43,894 bases of DNA from Elusimicrobiota bacterium (GCA_038208955.1 JBBQYF010000002.1:1-43894), one strand, 5' to 3'; positions 1-9,497 are shown, counted from the first letter of the stretch. Numbers and translations are program-made. Notes: generated by a model from the sequence alone, not told the origin.

Positions 1-1389
1 GATATCGATCCCGTTTATCCCATTGCCCGAACCCTGGAGGCCGTTTGTGATGAACGACACATTGGGATAAATTTGAAGAGCGCCCGCTCCATTAGCCGCG
101 AACGTAGACCCCTCGACCGTCAACTGGCCATTGACATCCGAGGGTGCCGCGATTCCATACCCTTGATTTCCAATAAACTGGCCGGAAAGCACCGTCACTG
201 TGGAGTCATTAACAATACTAAGACCCCCAGTTCCACCATTGTTGTTTGCCGAGGTGTTCTTCAGTTGCGCTTGGCTATTGACCGTCACTTCTATACCGTT
301 TCCACCATTATTGTTTGCCGAACTGTTCTGTATAAATGCCTGGCTATTCCAAGCCACCCGTATACCGTCTACGGCGCTGGAACTAATCTCACATTCGCTC
401 AGCGTCACAGAACTGTTCGTCATATTAATAAGGGGAATAGGCAAATTGGGAAGGGGAATGGTAAAAGGGACATTAATAAGATCAGGTAACTTAGCTTGGT
501 TGAAGAGCCGCCCGACTGCGCCGCCATAACGCATGCGAAGACCTTCTAAGCGGCTACCAGCATTGGTATCTCCGAACTGAAGGCCGTGCCAATCCCCGGG
601 GGCGGGAGTGGACCCGGCACCGTCATTATTCGTATCACCCCCTACCGAATCATCCCGAAGGCTGGTAAAAATTACAGGATTTGCCTGCGTCCCTTGAACC
701 GACAATGCCCCATCGTCGATGACCCAGATCCCTCCCGGATAGTCTACGCTGTTGATTGGGTCCTTAAACAGTTTGATCACCACCCCTTCCCCAATCGTCA
801 ATTGACCCCCCGAAGCAACAAGTATCTTGCTCCCACGAATCACATACGGCAGTCCGATGGCGGTCAAAGTTAACGGTGTAAAGAGATTACCACCCAGGAC
901 ATCTATGCCGTTAATGAGCGACCCAAATGCCTGGTTTCCTGAGCCGCTGGGCATAGAGGCTAAGTCAACAAGAATGGCAGAAGCCGCCATGCTAGATATC
1001 GTGACATTCTTGAACTGCGGGGAGGCGCCGGAAAGCTGGACCTGTTGCCCGAAACGGATGATGACACTGGAGAGCTGCGTGGCGGATGTGGAATTATTAA
1101 ATTGCACCGATCCCCATTGGCCTGGCGCCGCTTGGGTCGTACCCTCTTGGCGAGAGCTGATGGTTATGGGATTGGCGTTGGTCCCAAGCGCGAGCAGAAC
1201 ACCATCGACAGTGAAGTTCGTCCCGGGAGACATTTCGATGAGAACACCCGGATCGATTGTTAAGCTTTGCGTCGCTAAAACAGAAATGTCAGTCGTCGCA
1301 ACGTAGGGACTTCCTGACAGAGGAAGGGAACCGCTGAGAGGCCCAGACAGTGTCGTAGCGTCGCAATAAGTCGCGCTCAGAAAAACCAT
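1..1389 (-). CDS. Secreted right-handed parallel beta-helix repeat protein, N-terminal 463 codons (C-terminus lies beyond the window start)
   Basis: Hand translation of the minus strand from ATG 1389..1387 stays open to nt 1: MVFLSATYCDATTLSG... It is absent from the ORF track because no stop lies inside the window. It contains ~22-residue units typical of PbH1 beta-helix coils, e.g. NSSANNNGGNGIEVTVNSQAQLK / NTSANNNGGTGGLSIVNDSTVTV / GNQGYGIAAPSDVNGQLTVEGS, mirrored by a ~66-bp DNA periodicity near 200-360. An alternative in-frame ATG lies at 1419..1417. The plus-strand ORFs here (73..489, 827..1306 etc.) look like low-complexity shadows. Confidence 0.6.
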   Translation of the reverse strand, partial: MVFLSATYCDATTLSGPLSGSLPLSGSPYVATTDISVLATQSLTIDPGVLIEMSPGTNFTVDGVLLALGTNANPITISSRQEGTTQAAPGQWGSVQFNNSTSATQLSSVIIRFGQQVQLSGASPQFKNVTISSMAASAILVDLASMPSGSGNQAFGSLINGIDVLGGNLFTPLTLTAIGLPYVIRGSKILVASGGQLTIGEGVVIKLFKDPINSVDYPGGIWVIDDGALSVQGTQANPVIFTSLRDDSVGGDTNNDGAGSTPAPGDWHGLQFGDTNAGSRLEGLRMRYGGAVGRLFNQAKLPDLINVPFTIPLPNLPIPLINMTNSSVTLSECEISSSAVDGIRVAWNSQAFIQNSSANNNGGNGIEVTVNSQAQLKNTSANNNGGTGGLSIVNDSTVTVLSGQFIGNQGYGIAAPSDVNGQLTVEGSTFAANGAGALQIYPNVSFITNGLQGSGNGINGIDI

Positions 1390-1797
1390 GAGCGCCCCCC
1401 CGAAGGCAGGTTGTATACATCTCTGCAAATTCCGGCAGCGAAGTGTTTTTATGAGAGGTGTCTTCCCGAAGTGACGACCTACTTTTTTTCTGTCTCGGAT
1501 CTCGTCTTAGGAAAGCGGTTGATCATATAAAACGGGGTCATATATGTCCATTTCTCAACTACATTGCGGAGTTCAATATGCTAGTGCAACACGCTGCAGG
1601 TTCGAAGGTCTTCTCTACAATGAGGGGCCATGACCTATAAGCACATGAGCTCCAAGCAACGCGATCAACTCGCTGTCTGACGGAGCCGGGCCTTTCATTG
1701 CAAGACATAGCGACTGGGAGCTAGCTCGCATGAGCGCAGCATGGCGCGGCAGGGTTATGGCAACGGCCGCCAGCCACGAACGATCAAGACGTCGCTC

Positions 1798-2064
1798 TCA
1801 GGGATGTGCTGGCGGGGTGAAGACGTGCAAAGAGATGGAGAAAACGCTGAGCGTGATGACTTCCTGAAGGACCTTCAGCTGCGGGAGTGAAAACTCGCCG
1901 TAGCCGATGCGGTTGGCCGGGACAGCGAAACAATATTCCGCAAGGGCGACAAGCCATCTAAGCGCAATTGCAAGCCACAACGGCCAGTCGCGGTGTTTGA
2001 GAGAGCCATACCAGGCGTACGTCATGAACGAGTTCGAGAGGACGAGCAGAGCGATTGTTTTCGT
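1798..2064 (-). pseudogene. DMT_6 / DUF486-type small membrane protein, apparently degraded (lost initiator, premature stop)
   Basis: ORF 1798..2025 reads MTYAWYGSLKHRDWPLW...EYCFAVPANRIGYGEFSLPQLKVLQEVITL. This matches the core I recall for DMT_6 proteins (FMTFAWYGHLK ... EYCFQVPANRIG ... QLKxxQEVITL). In-frame codons 2064..2026 read TKTIALLVLSNSF, i.e. the family N-terminus (MKTI...). The expected initiator position is ACG, and the frame is closed upstream by TGA 2085..2083. The ORF ends about 25 aa short of the usual length at TGA 1800..1798, and a hydrophobic stretch (ERRLDRSWLAAVAITL) continues in frame. Confidence 0.4.
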
Positions 2065-2082
2065 CGGTGCTGCAGGGGCTGC

Positions 2083-2490
2083 TCAGGCTTCCCAGTCTTT
2101 TTGAACTTTTCGGTTCTGTTTTTTGGCGGCTTGATGGTGCTTGTTATCGAGCATCTTATTTTTAGCGCGGCGGGAACGTCGGCGTTTCTGGCGGCGAATT
2201 TTTTCGCGAAGCTGGACGGCTTTGGTCTCTCGGCCGAGAACGTCGCTTTCGATTTTCTCGACCAACCGGCGCCGCGCCAAGTAGCGGTTGACGGCTTGCG
2301 ACCGGTCGTCTTGGCATTTCACAAGAATACCCGTCGGCCGATGGAGGAGTTGAACGCAACTGGACGTTTTGTTCACATGCTGCCCGCCCGCACCACCCGA
2401 ACGTACGAACGTCTCGTCGATATCCTGCTCCGAGATGCCGAGCGACTTCATTTTCTCGCGCAGCGCGGCTTCTTTTTGCGAAGAAATCAT
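2083..2490 (-). CDS. GGQ-motif mini class-I release factor / peptidyl-tRNA hydrolase domain protein (ArfB/ICT1-like ribosome rescue candidate)
   Basis: 135-aa ORF with [40 protein letters not shown] (RF-1 domain GGQ loop). A strongly basic C-terminal tail ([14 protein letters not shown]...) resembles ArfB. Its start codon directly abuts the stop of the upstream aminopeptidase gene (2490/2491). Confidence 0.8.
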   Translation of the reverse strand: MISSQKEAALREKMKSLGISEQDIDETFVRSGGAGGQHVNKTSSCVQLLHRPTGILVKCQDDRSQAVNRYLARRRLVEKIESDVLGRETKAVQLREKIRRQKRRRSRRAKNKMLDNKHHQAAKKQNRKVQKDWEA

Positions 2491-4953
2491 TTACTTCTTA
2501 TCGCTAGAAGGAAATTCCTGGTCCATGCCCTTTCGGATTTTGCGCACCGCTTCTTCGGCCGTGCGCTTGAGACGTCCATCGAGATCGCCCGTTGTGTAGG
2601 CCATTAACGCGTCTGTCGTCCGCTCATCGGCAAAGGTGCTGAGCGCACGCACCACCGTCAGACGCACGAGCAGATAGGAATCTTTCAAGAGTTCGATCAG
2701 GTGGTTCTGAATATCCTCCCGGCCCTTGCCCAGCGCACCCAAGCGCCGAATGGCGGTCATGCGGACATTTGGATGCTGTCCGTAACGACTGTATTCTTTG
2801 AGAATCAGGATTGATTCGGCTAGTTGCAATGAACCAATCGCGTCCAGTGCGGCAATTCGCAGGACTTCGTTCCAGGAGTCGCGCTCGAGCCAACCTTTGA
2901 AGGTGCTGAGTAGTCCAGGATCACGCATGCGTCCCAGGGCGCGGATCGCTTCGGCCTGCGCAAAATAACTTTTTTCATTCTCGTAAACAGCCTTGATCTC
3001 TCCCAATACCCTTGATGACGGGTAATGGCCGAGCCCTTCATAGATCGCCCGCCTGGTTTTTGGATGCACCACCTGGCGCAATCCCTCCAGCAAGCCGTCA
3101 AGCGCCGATGGCGTGGCGGCCCGACCGAGAGCGCGCGCGACTTCCATCTGCGTTCCCCAGAATTTTTCTTTAAGCAATGCTTGGCGCAGCGCCTGCACCG
3201 CCGCGGGACTGGCGAGCGTTCCCAGCACTTGCGCTGCCTGCAGGCGTCCGAGAACATGCGGATCCTCGGCCAGCTGCGTGATCCACATCGATTCTGGCTT
3301 CGCCACATCGACGCGTTTGAGGATGGAATGATCCGGATCGAAGAGAAACAATTGCGGCGCCGCGCTCAGATCGAAGACGAACAGATGCTCTTTTTTACTG
3401 ATTGTTTCGGTGAACCGTTTTTCTTGCCCGTTCACGTAAAAGGCGAAGGTTATCGCGACGGTGTAGAGTCCCGTTTCGTCGCTCACGGGCTGCATCTGCA
3501 AGACCCGGACCGACACCTGGCGTTTTTTGGCGTCCCACCAATAGCGAACTTTGAATTCGGGATGCCCAGCTTTATAAATCCACTGGTCAAAAAATGGCCG
3601 CATATTTTTGCCGGTGGCGGCCCCGATCGCTTCGATCAGATCGACCGTCTCAACGCCTTGGGCTTTATGCCGCGTCAGATAAAGATTCATCGAACGCCAG
3701 AACGCGTCGTCGCCCAGGAGCCGCCGGATCATGTGCAAAATCAGCGATCCTTTTTCGTAGAGGTGCCGGTCAAAGAGATCGTTTGTATTTTTGTACATCC
3801 GCGTGACCATCGGGCGCCGGTAGCGCTCTTTGTCCTCGTCGAAATAAGCTTGCGCGTTCTCGTGAAGTTCGTAAGCAAACTCCTCGGCACCCATGTCATA
3901 TTCCTTAAACAACGCTTCAAAATAGGTGGCAAAACTTTCATTGAGCCAGGCATGCGACCAGTCCTTGCAGGTCACGAGATCGCCGAACCATTGATGCGCC
4001 AGTTCGTGGGCGACTAGAGGGTCGCTTGAAAAATCGAGGTGCGCCCGCTCATCGTGCAGCGTGAGCGCCGTCTGAGTGGTCGCTGAGGTGTTTTCCATCC
4101 CCCCGTAAATAAAATCAATCGCCGCCACTTGCGAATATTTGGCGTAGGCATACGGCACCCCCAAACGCTTGGAATAAAATTCCATCATCTTGGGTGTTTT
4201 GCCAAACGCCCGGCGCGCGTCGTCTTCGCGTCCCGGCGTGACGTAATAGAGCACCGGCACGCGGTTCCAATGATCGCGAATTTCGGTAAATTTACCGACG
4301 ACTAGTGAAACGAGATAGGGCGGATGCGGAATATTGTGCTTCCAATGAAACGTGGTGGTCCGGCCCTTGTGGCGCGTGGAAAGAAGCGCCCCATTTGAAA
4401 TGGCCTGGTAGCCTGACGGAACTTTGGCGATCATTTCCGTCGTCGCGCGTTCTTGGGGCGCATCGTGGCATGGAAACCAGTAGCGGTTGTATTCATCTTC
4501 GCCCTGCGTCCAGGCCTGAGTCGGTTTTGTCGGGTAGTGCTTGTCGGGACCCACAAAATGCAATCCAAGTTTGGGCTTCGTCACCCGGTAAAAGATGGCG
4601 ACGTCGCGGCTGGCTCCGCGCTTGAGAGGCAGGGGCCAGTGGACAATCAATTTGCGTCCGTCATAGTCGTAGCGCAATGCTTTATTGTTTGAAACGACCT
4701 TGCTGATTTCGAACTGTACGGCGTCGAACACCATTTGATTGACACTATCGGCAACGGCCGTCAAGGACACCGTGCAAACGCCGGACAACGTCTTGCGAGC
4801 GAAATCGAGAGCCACCTCCAAGCGAATATGGCGCGTGTCGATCGGGCGATCCGGGGCGTAGTGGGGTGTCGACCCCGCATAAGCAAAACGACCATCTGCC
4901 GCCCAGTCGCTCGCTAGCCCTTTGCACTGAAAAAATTCATGACTTAAATTCAA
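2491..4953 (-). CDS. M1-family zinc aminopeptidase (aminopeptidase N-like) with C-terminal HEAT-like repeats
   Basis: 820-aa ORF with the exopeptidase motif GGMENTS, the zinc motif HELAHQWFGD followed by WLNESFATYFE (HEXXH-18-E), and a helical repeat C-terminus (AAQVLGTLASPAAVQAL..., AIRALGRMRDP..., AIRRLGALG...). TTG start at 4953 is preceded by AGGAGG with 5-nt spacing. Confidence 0.85.
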   Translation of the reverse strand: MNLSHEFFQCKGLASDWAADGRFAYAGSTPHYAPDRPIDTRHIRLEVALDFARKTLSGVCTVSLTAVADSVNQMVFDAVQFEISKVVSNNKALRYDYDGRKLIVHWPLPLKRGASRDVAIFYRVTKPKLGLHFVGPDKHYPTKPTQAWTQGEDEYNRYWFPCHDAPQERATTEMIAKVPSGYQAISNGALLSTRHKGRTTTFHWKHNIPHPPYLVSLVVGKFTEIRDHWNRVPVLYYVTPGREDDARRAFGKTPKMMEFYSKRLGVPYAYAKYSQVAAIDFIYGGMENTSATTQTALTLHDERAHLDFSSDPLVAHELAHQWFGDLVTCKDWSHAWLNESFATYFEALFKEYDMGAEEFAYELHENAQAYFDEDKERYRRPMVTRMYKNTNDLFDRHLYEKGSLILHMIRRLLGDDAFWRSMNLYLTRHKAQGVETVDLIEAIGAATGKNMRPFFDQWIYKAGHPEFKVRYWWDAKKRQVSVRVLQMQPVSDETGLYTVAITFAFYVNGQEKRFTETISKKEHLFVFDLSAAPQLFLFDPDHSILKRVDVAKPESMWITQLAEDPHVLGRLQAAQVLGTLASPAAVQALRQALLKEKFWGTQMEVARALGRAATPSALDGLLEGLRQVVHPKTRRAIYEGLGHYPSSRVLGEIKAVYENEKSYFAQAEAIRALGRMRDPGLLSTFKGWLERDSWNEVLRIAALDAIGSLQLAESILILKEYSRYGQHPNVRMTAIRRLGALGKGREDIQNHLIELLKDSYLLVRLTVVRALSTFADERTTDALMAYTTGDLDGRLKRTAEEAVRKIRKGMDQEFPSSDKK

Positions 4954-5055
4954 GACGGCCTCCTAGATTTCGGTACGCATGGTTTCGAAAACGGTTCATT
5001 CTACCAATTTCGCGTTTTAGCCGACGGAGTCGCCGGCAACCCTGGCGCCATGAAG

Positions 5056-5064
5056 TGCTAAAAT
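5056..5064 (+). promoter_or_regulatory. Candidate extended -10 element (TGcTAAAAT) ending 6 nt before the hemD-hemE ATG, possible leaderless start
   Basis: tgc taaaat at 5056..5064, with the ATG at 5071. No Shine-Dalgarno sequence lies between them. No convincing -35 was seen. This is pattern match only. Confidence 0.25.
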
Positions 5065-5070
5065 ACTCCG

Positions 5071-7017
5071 ATGAGCGAAGGATCGTCAGAAAACCGCGGT
5101 TTTGAAGGCCTGCGCGTCGTTTCCTTTGAGAGCCGCCGGAGCGGGGATATGGCGGATTTAATCGCCCGGCGCGGCGGTCGAGCCGTCGTCGCCCCGTCCA
5201 TGCGGGAAGTGCCCCTGGGGGAAAACGCGGAGGCTCTCGCCTTTGGTCAGCGTCTGGCGGCGGGCGAGATCGACATCACATTGTTCATGACTGCCGGCGG
5301 GACCCGGGTGTTGCTAAACGTTCTTCAAACCCAAATGACCCGGGCGGCTACCCTGCGCGCTTTTTCCAAGATCCGGCTCATGGCGCGCGGCACGAAACCC
5401 CTGGAAGCATTACGTAGCGAGGGGCTCTCGGCCGTCACCGTCGTCCCCGAACCCGCCACTTGGCGGGAAGTATTGACGACGATCGACCAGCTGGGTTCCC
5501 TTGCGGGCAAAACCGTCGCCATTCAGGAATCGGGCGCCGTCCATCAAGAACTGCTGGTGGGTTTGTCCCAGCGCGGGGCCAAGGTCATCGAAGTGCACGT
5601 TTATCGCTGGGCGTTGCCAGAAGATCTTCAACCGCTCCGCGACGCCCTGCAAGCGGTCATCGAGGGCCAAGTGGATGTCGTATTGTTTACCAATTCGACA
5701 CAGATCGATCATGTCTTGCGTATCGCTCGGGAAGAAGGCGTTGAACAGGAATTCCGCGACGCCCTGTCACGGGTCGTCGTGGCGTCGGTCGGACCTTCCT
5801 GTACCCAATTTTTGGACGAGTATGGACTGCCTGTCGACGTCGAACCGGAGCAGCCGACCATGAATAACCTCGTCGAAGAAGCCAGTCGCAAGGGACCCGG
5901 TATCTTGTCGCTCAAACGCTCTCGTTTCGAACCCTCAGGTGCCTCCTCTACTTCGCGCCAGGACGCCGCGCCGGACTTGGTCTTGCAAAATTCTGCCTTT
6001 CTAAAGGCTTGTCGCCGTGAAGCCACGTCTTTCACGCCGATTTGGCTGATGCGCCAAGCGGGACGTTACATGAAAGAGTACCGGGATCTGCGCGCTCGCC
6101 ATAGTTTTCTCGATCTCTGCAAAGATTCCGATCTGGCCTGCGAAGTGTCGGTCTATGCGGTGGAGCGCTTGGGCGTCGACGCCGCGATCATATTTTCGGA
6201 CATTCTCCTGATTCTCGAACCACTGGGTTTAAATCTGGAATATGCCAAGGGCGAAGGACCGATCATTCATAATCCGGTGCGCAACGAGGCCGACGTAGCG
6301 CGTCTGCGTCCCCTCCGGCAACCCGATGCTCTTGCTTTCGTCTACGAAGCCATTCGCAAAACGCGGGCCGCGCTGCCGCCGCACATTCCACTGATCGGAT
6401 TTGCCGGCGCTCCCTTTACGCTGGCGTCCTATATGATCGAAGGACAGGGATCGCGCAACTTTATCTACACGAAGACCCTCATGCATCAGCATCCAAGCTC
6501 TTGGCATCAGCTCATGACGACGCTCTCCGACAGCCTGATCGTTTATTTGAACGCGCAGATCGCGGCCGGTGCCCAAGTGGTGCAACTTTTTGACAGCTGG
6601 GTGGGCTGTTTATCGCCGGAGGATTACAAGACGTACGTTCAGCCTTACAGCCGTCGCGTGATTCGCGGTGTCACCCCGGGGACACCCGTCATCCATTTCG
6701 GAACCCAAACCGGAACGTTTCTGGAACTGATGCGCGATGCGGGCGGCGACGTCATCGGACTCGATTGGCGGGTTGAGCTCGATGTGGCTTGGGAACGCCT
6801 GGGTCGCGTGGCCATCCAGGGCAATCTCGATCCCGTGGCGCTTTTTGCCGAACCCGCGGCGATTAAACAGCAGGTCAAACGAATCCTCGCCCAGGCGGCC
6901 GGCCGCCCGGGCCATATTTTTAATTTGGGTCATGGCGTTCTGCCCAACACCCCCGTCGGCCATGTCAAAGCTCTCGTCGATGCGGTACATGAACTTTCGG
7001 CCGCGAGGCGCGAGTGA
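5071..7017 (+). CDS. hemE: Fused uroporphyrinogen-III synthase (HemD, N-terminal ~280 aa) / uroporphyrinogen decarboxylase (HemE, C-terminal ~345 aa)
   Basis: Single 648-aa ORF. The N-terminal half has a HEM4-like two-lobed pattern (LRVVSFESRRSGDMADLIARRGG..., VDVVLFTNSTQIDHVL...). A Ser/Pro-rich linker (about nt 5900-5980) follows, then the HemE signature FTPIWLMRQAGRYMKEYR ... AAIIFSDILL ... FNLGHGVLP. Confidence 0.85.
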   Translation: MSEGSSENRGFEGLRVVSFESRRSGDMADLIARRGGRAVVAPSMREVPLGENAEALAFGQRLAAGEIDITLFMTAGGTRVLLNVLQTQMTRAATLRAFSKIRLMARGTKPLEALRSEGLSAVTVVPEPATWREVLTTIDQLGSLAGKTVAIQESGAVHQELLVGLSQRGAKVIEVHVYRWALPEDLQPLRDALQAVIEGQVDVVLFTNSTQIDHVLRIAREEGVEQEFRDALSRVVVASVGPSCTQFLDEYGLPVDVEPEQPTMNNLVEEASRKGPGILSLKRSRFEPSGASSTSRQDAAPDLVLQNSAFLKACRREATSFTPIWLMRQAGRYMKEYRDLRARHSFLDLCKDSDLACEVSVYAVERLGVDAAIIFSDILLILEPLGLNLEYAKGEGPIIHNPVRNEADVARLRPLRQPDALAFVYEAIRKTRAALPPHIPLIGFAGAPFTLASYMIEGQGSRNFIYTKTLMHQHPSSWHQLMTTLSDSLIVYLNAQIAAGAQVVQLFDSWVGCLSPEDYKTYVQPYSRRVIRGVTPGTPVIHFGTQTGTFLELMRDAGGDVIGLDWRVELDVAWERLGRVAIQGNLDPVALFAEPAAIKQQVKRILAQAAGRPGHIFNLGHGVLPNTPVGHVKALVDAVHELSAARRE

Positions 7018-8054
7018 CAGCGCCAGCCTATGACGCCGTCCTCTTCATTTCGTTCGGAGGTCCCGAGAAGTCTGACGATGTCATGCCGTTCCTCGAAGTG
7101 GTTACGAAGGGCCGCGGCATTCCGCGCGAGCGGCTTCTCGATGTGGCTCATCATTACGAACAAATCGGCGGCGCGTCTCCGATCAATGAGATCACACGTC
7201 GCCAGGCGGAGGCATTAGAGCGCGAACTCCGGGCGCAAAATAATCCTCTCAAGGTGTATGTCGGCCAGCGAAATTGGCATCCCTTCGTTGAAGAGACCCT
7301 TCGCGCCATGGCGGCCGACGGCGTTCGGCGTGCCGTGGGATTTATTACGGCGGCCCATCGCACGGAGGCGAGCTTAGACCGTTACATTCAAAGCGTCGAT
7401 CAAGCGCGCGAGCGCATCGGCCCCTCAGCGCCCGTGATTGATTATGTCGATCCTTGGTTCGATCATCCTTTGTTTGTCGAAGCTATTTCCCAGCGCATCC
7501 GGGAAGTTCTTCAGTCCACTGCCGCAGCGACCATGCTGATGAACATTCCATGGTTATTCGTCGCCCACAGCATTCCCTGCGCGATGGCCCAGGACTCATC
7601 CTATGTGCAAGACCTTGAACGCACCGCCGGGCTCGTTTGCGAATCGTTCGGAAAAAAAGATTGGCGACTGGCTTATTCCAGCCGCAGCGGCAACCCCCGC
7701 GATCCTTGGCTGCTGCCGGATATTAATGACGCCATTCGCGCGGAAGCCGCGCGAGGTATCGGCGCCGTTTTGCTGGTCACGATCGGCTTTCTAGCCGATC
7801 ATGTCGAAGTATTATTCGACCAGGATATCGAAGCGCGCGAAACGGCCCAGCAAGAAGGCTTACGATTTCACCGTACCGCTACAGTCGGTGATCATCCCCA
7901 GTTTGTTAGGATGATGGCCTCGGTGGTGACGCGCCGAATGACGTCGGGGGACGCGCCCGAACAGCGGCGATCGGTGCGCCCATTGGACGTGCGTTGCTTT
8001 TGTTTTCCCGAGTCGGCCGCGCCACCCTGCAAGCGGCCGGCCGCGGCTCTCTAA
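7014..8054 (+). CDS. hemH: Ferrochelatase (HemH/CpfC family) with Cys-rich C-terminal tail
   Basis: 346-aa ORF: AVLFISFGGPEKSDDVMPFLEVV...SPIN, WLFVAHSIPC, FLADHVEVLFD are ferrochelatase hallmarks. GTG start 7014 overlaps the hemE TGA (GTGA). The tail is RCFCFPESAAPPC. Confidence 0.85.
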   Translation: MTAPAYDAVLFISFGGPEKSDDVMPFLEVVTKGRGIPRERLLDVAHHYEQIGGASPINEITRRQAEALERELRAQNNPLKVYVGQRNWHPFVEETLRAMAADGVRRAVGFITAAHRTEASLDRYIQSVDQARERIGPSAPVIDYVDPWFDHPLFVEAISQRIREVLQSTAAATMLMNIPWLFVAHSIPCAMAQDSSYVQDLERTAGLVCESFGKKDWRLAYSSRSGNPRDPWLLPDINDAIRAEAARGIGAVLLVTIGFLADHVEVLFDQDIEARETAQQEGLRFHRTATVGDHPQFVRMMASVVTRRMTSGDAPEQRRSVRPLDVRCFCFPESAAPPCKRPAAAL

Positions 8055-8059
8055 AATCT

Positions 8060-9484
8060 ATGCGAACCAATCGTGCAGTCATTATTGGCGGTGGAATCAC
8101 CGGCCTGACAGCGGCCTACCGTCTGACGCAACGTCTGTCGATCCTCGGCCGCCCTTTTGAAGTTCTCTTGCTCGAGGCCACGGACCGCCTGGGTGGGGCA
8201 ATTGCCACGGTTCCGGGCGAGGGATATATCCTGGAAGCGGGGCCGGATTGTTTTTTATCGGAAAAAAAGCGCGGCGTCGGACTGTGCGAAGAATTGGGGC
8301 TTCGCCGTGATCTACGGCCGACGCGTTCCGAAAATCGTCGCAGTTTTATCCTGCGCGGAAAGAAACTTTATCCCGTCCCTGACGGTTTCTACCTGATCGC
8401 GCCGTCGCGCTTGTACCCGATCCTGATGAGCCCCTTGCTGTCGCTGAAGGGAAAATTGAGGTTGCTCAAAGAATTCTTTATTGCGACGGGAACGAACGAA
8501 GACGAAACCTTGGGATCGTTTGTCCGCCGGCGGCTGGGTCCGGAAGTCTTAGAGCGGCTCGCCCAACCTCTAGCGGGCGGGATCTATGCGGCCGATCCCG
8601 ACCAGCTCAGCTTGAGAGCCACATTCCCGCAGTTTTTAGAAATGGAAAAACGCGGCAGCGTGATTCGCGCCTTGATGGGTAAAGACGACGAGCCGGCCGC
8701 TCAAGCGAGCGGAGCGCGTTACAGTTTATTTGTGACGCTGGAAAAAGGCATGCAAACGTTGACGGACCGTTTGGCCGAGCTCATCGGGCCCGCGGTCATT
8801 CGAACGGGGACGCAGGTCACCTCCCTCGCCAAGACGGCCCTTTCGGAAGGGTTCCAAGGCTGGCGGCTGACGCTTTCCAGCGGCGAGACTCTGGAGGCGG
8901 ACAGCGTTTGCTTGGCCGGACCCGCGCACAACGCGGCTCGATTGTTACAAGGTCCCCAGCCCGCTCTTAGCAAACGCCTCGCGGAAATTCCTTATTCTGA
9001 TTCGTTAACGGTTCATTTCGCTTTTCCCGCCAGTAACATTAAACATCCCTTGAACGGCTTCGGCGTGGTGGTACCCACAACGGAAAAACGCACGATCACG
9101 GCTTGTACGTTCGTTCACAGAAAATTCGAGGGCCGGGCGCCCAAAGGTATTGCCTTGCTGCGCGCTTTCACAGGCGGTAAAAATGCGCAAACGCTCTGGC
9201 CGCGCTCCGACGCCGAAGTTCAGGAAAAAATGCTAGTGGATTTGCGCGCGATCCTGGGAATTACCGGGCCTCCGCTTTTCACTTACACGTCGCGGTACCG
9301 GGCTTCACTTCCGCAGTACAGCGTCGGGCATGTCAGCCGAGTCGCTGATATCGATGAAAAACTTGGGCAAATTCCTAGTCTGATTATTGCGGGAAATTGG
9401 CGGTCGGGCGTCGGCATTCCGGACTGTATCGAAAGCGGTGAACGCGCCGCCGAAGCGATGATCATCCATCTGTGCAAGATTTAG
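8060..9484 (+). CDS. hemY: FAD-dependent protoporphyrinogen/coproporphyrinogen III oxidase, HemY (CgdC) type
   Basis: MRTNRAVIIGGGITGLTAAYRL dinucleotide-binding N-terminus, ~475 aa, positioned after hemE-hemH. The ORF track starts at 7994. I prefer ATG 8060, 5 nt after the hemH stop, because homologues start just before the GxGxxG motif. Confidence 0.8.
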   Translation: MRTNRAVIIGGGITGLTAAYRLTQRLSILGRPFEVLLLEATDRLGGAIATVPGEGYILEAGPDCFLSEKKRGVGLCEELGLRRDLRPTRSENRRSFILRGKKLYPVPDGFYLIAPSRLYPILMSPLLSLKGKLRLLKEFFIATGTNEDETLGSFVRRRLGPEVLERLAQPLAGGIYAADPDQLSLRATFPQFLEMEKRGSVIRALMGKDDEPAAQASGARYSLFVTLEKGMQTLTDRLAELIGPAVIRTGTQVTSLAKTALSEGFQGWRLTLSSGETLEADSVCLAGPAHNAARLLQGPQPALSKRLAEIPYSDSLTVHFAFPASNIKHPLNGFGVVVPTTEKRTITACTFVHRKFEGRAPKGIALLRAFTGGKNAQTLWPRSDAEVQEKMLVDLRAILGITGPPLFTYTSRYRASLPQYSVGHVSRVADIDEKLGQIPSLIIAGNWRSGVGIPDCIESGERAAEAMIIHLCKI

Positions 9485-9497
9485 GAAGAGCGACGTC

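Noticed and set aside
73-1306. Plus-strand ORFs 73..489, 200..529, 586..873, 827..1306 at the window start.
   Set aside because: The minus strand is open across the whole region and encodes regular beta-helix repeats. The plus-strand translations are shadows of that repeat.
3025-4017. Long plus-strand ORF (330 aa) and several other long antisense or alternate-frame ORFs in the track (e.g. 9949..10626, 12139..12732, 36642..37079, 38120..38623, 40606..41028, 1993..2607).
   Set aside because: Each lies entirely inside a gene on the opposite strand or in another frame that carries unambiguous family motifs. Their translations are Arg/Pro/Gly-rich low-complexity sequence with no motif, which is typical of shadow ORFs in GC-rich DNA.
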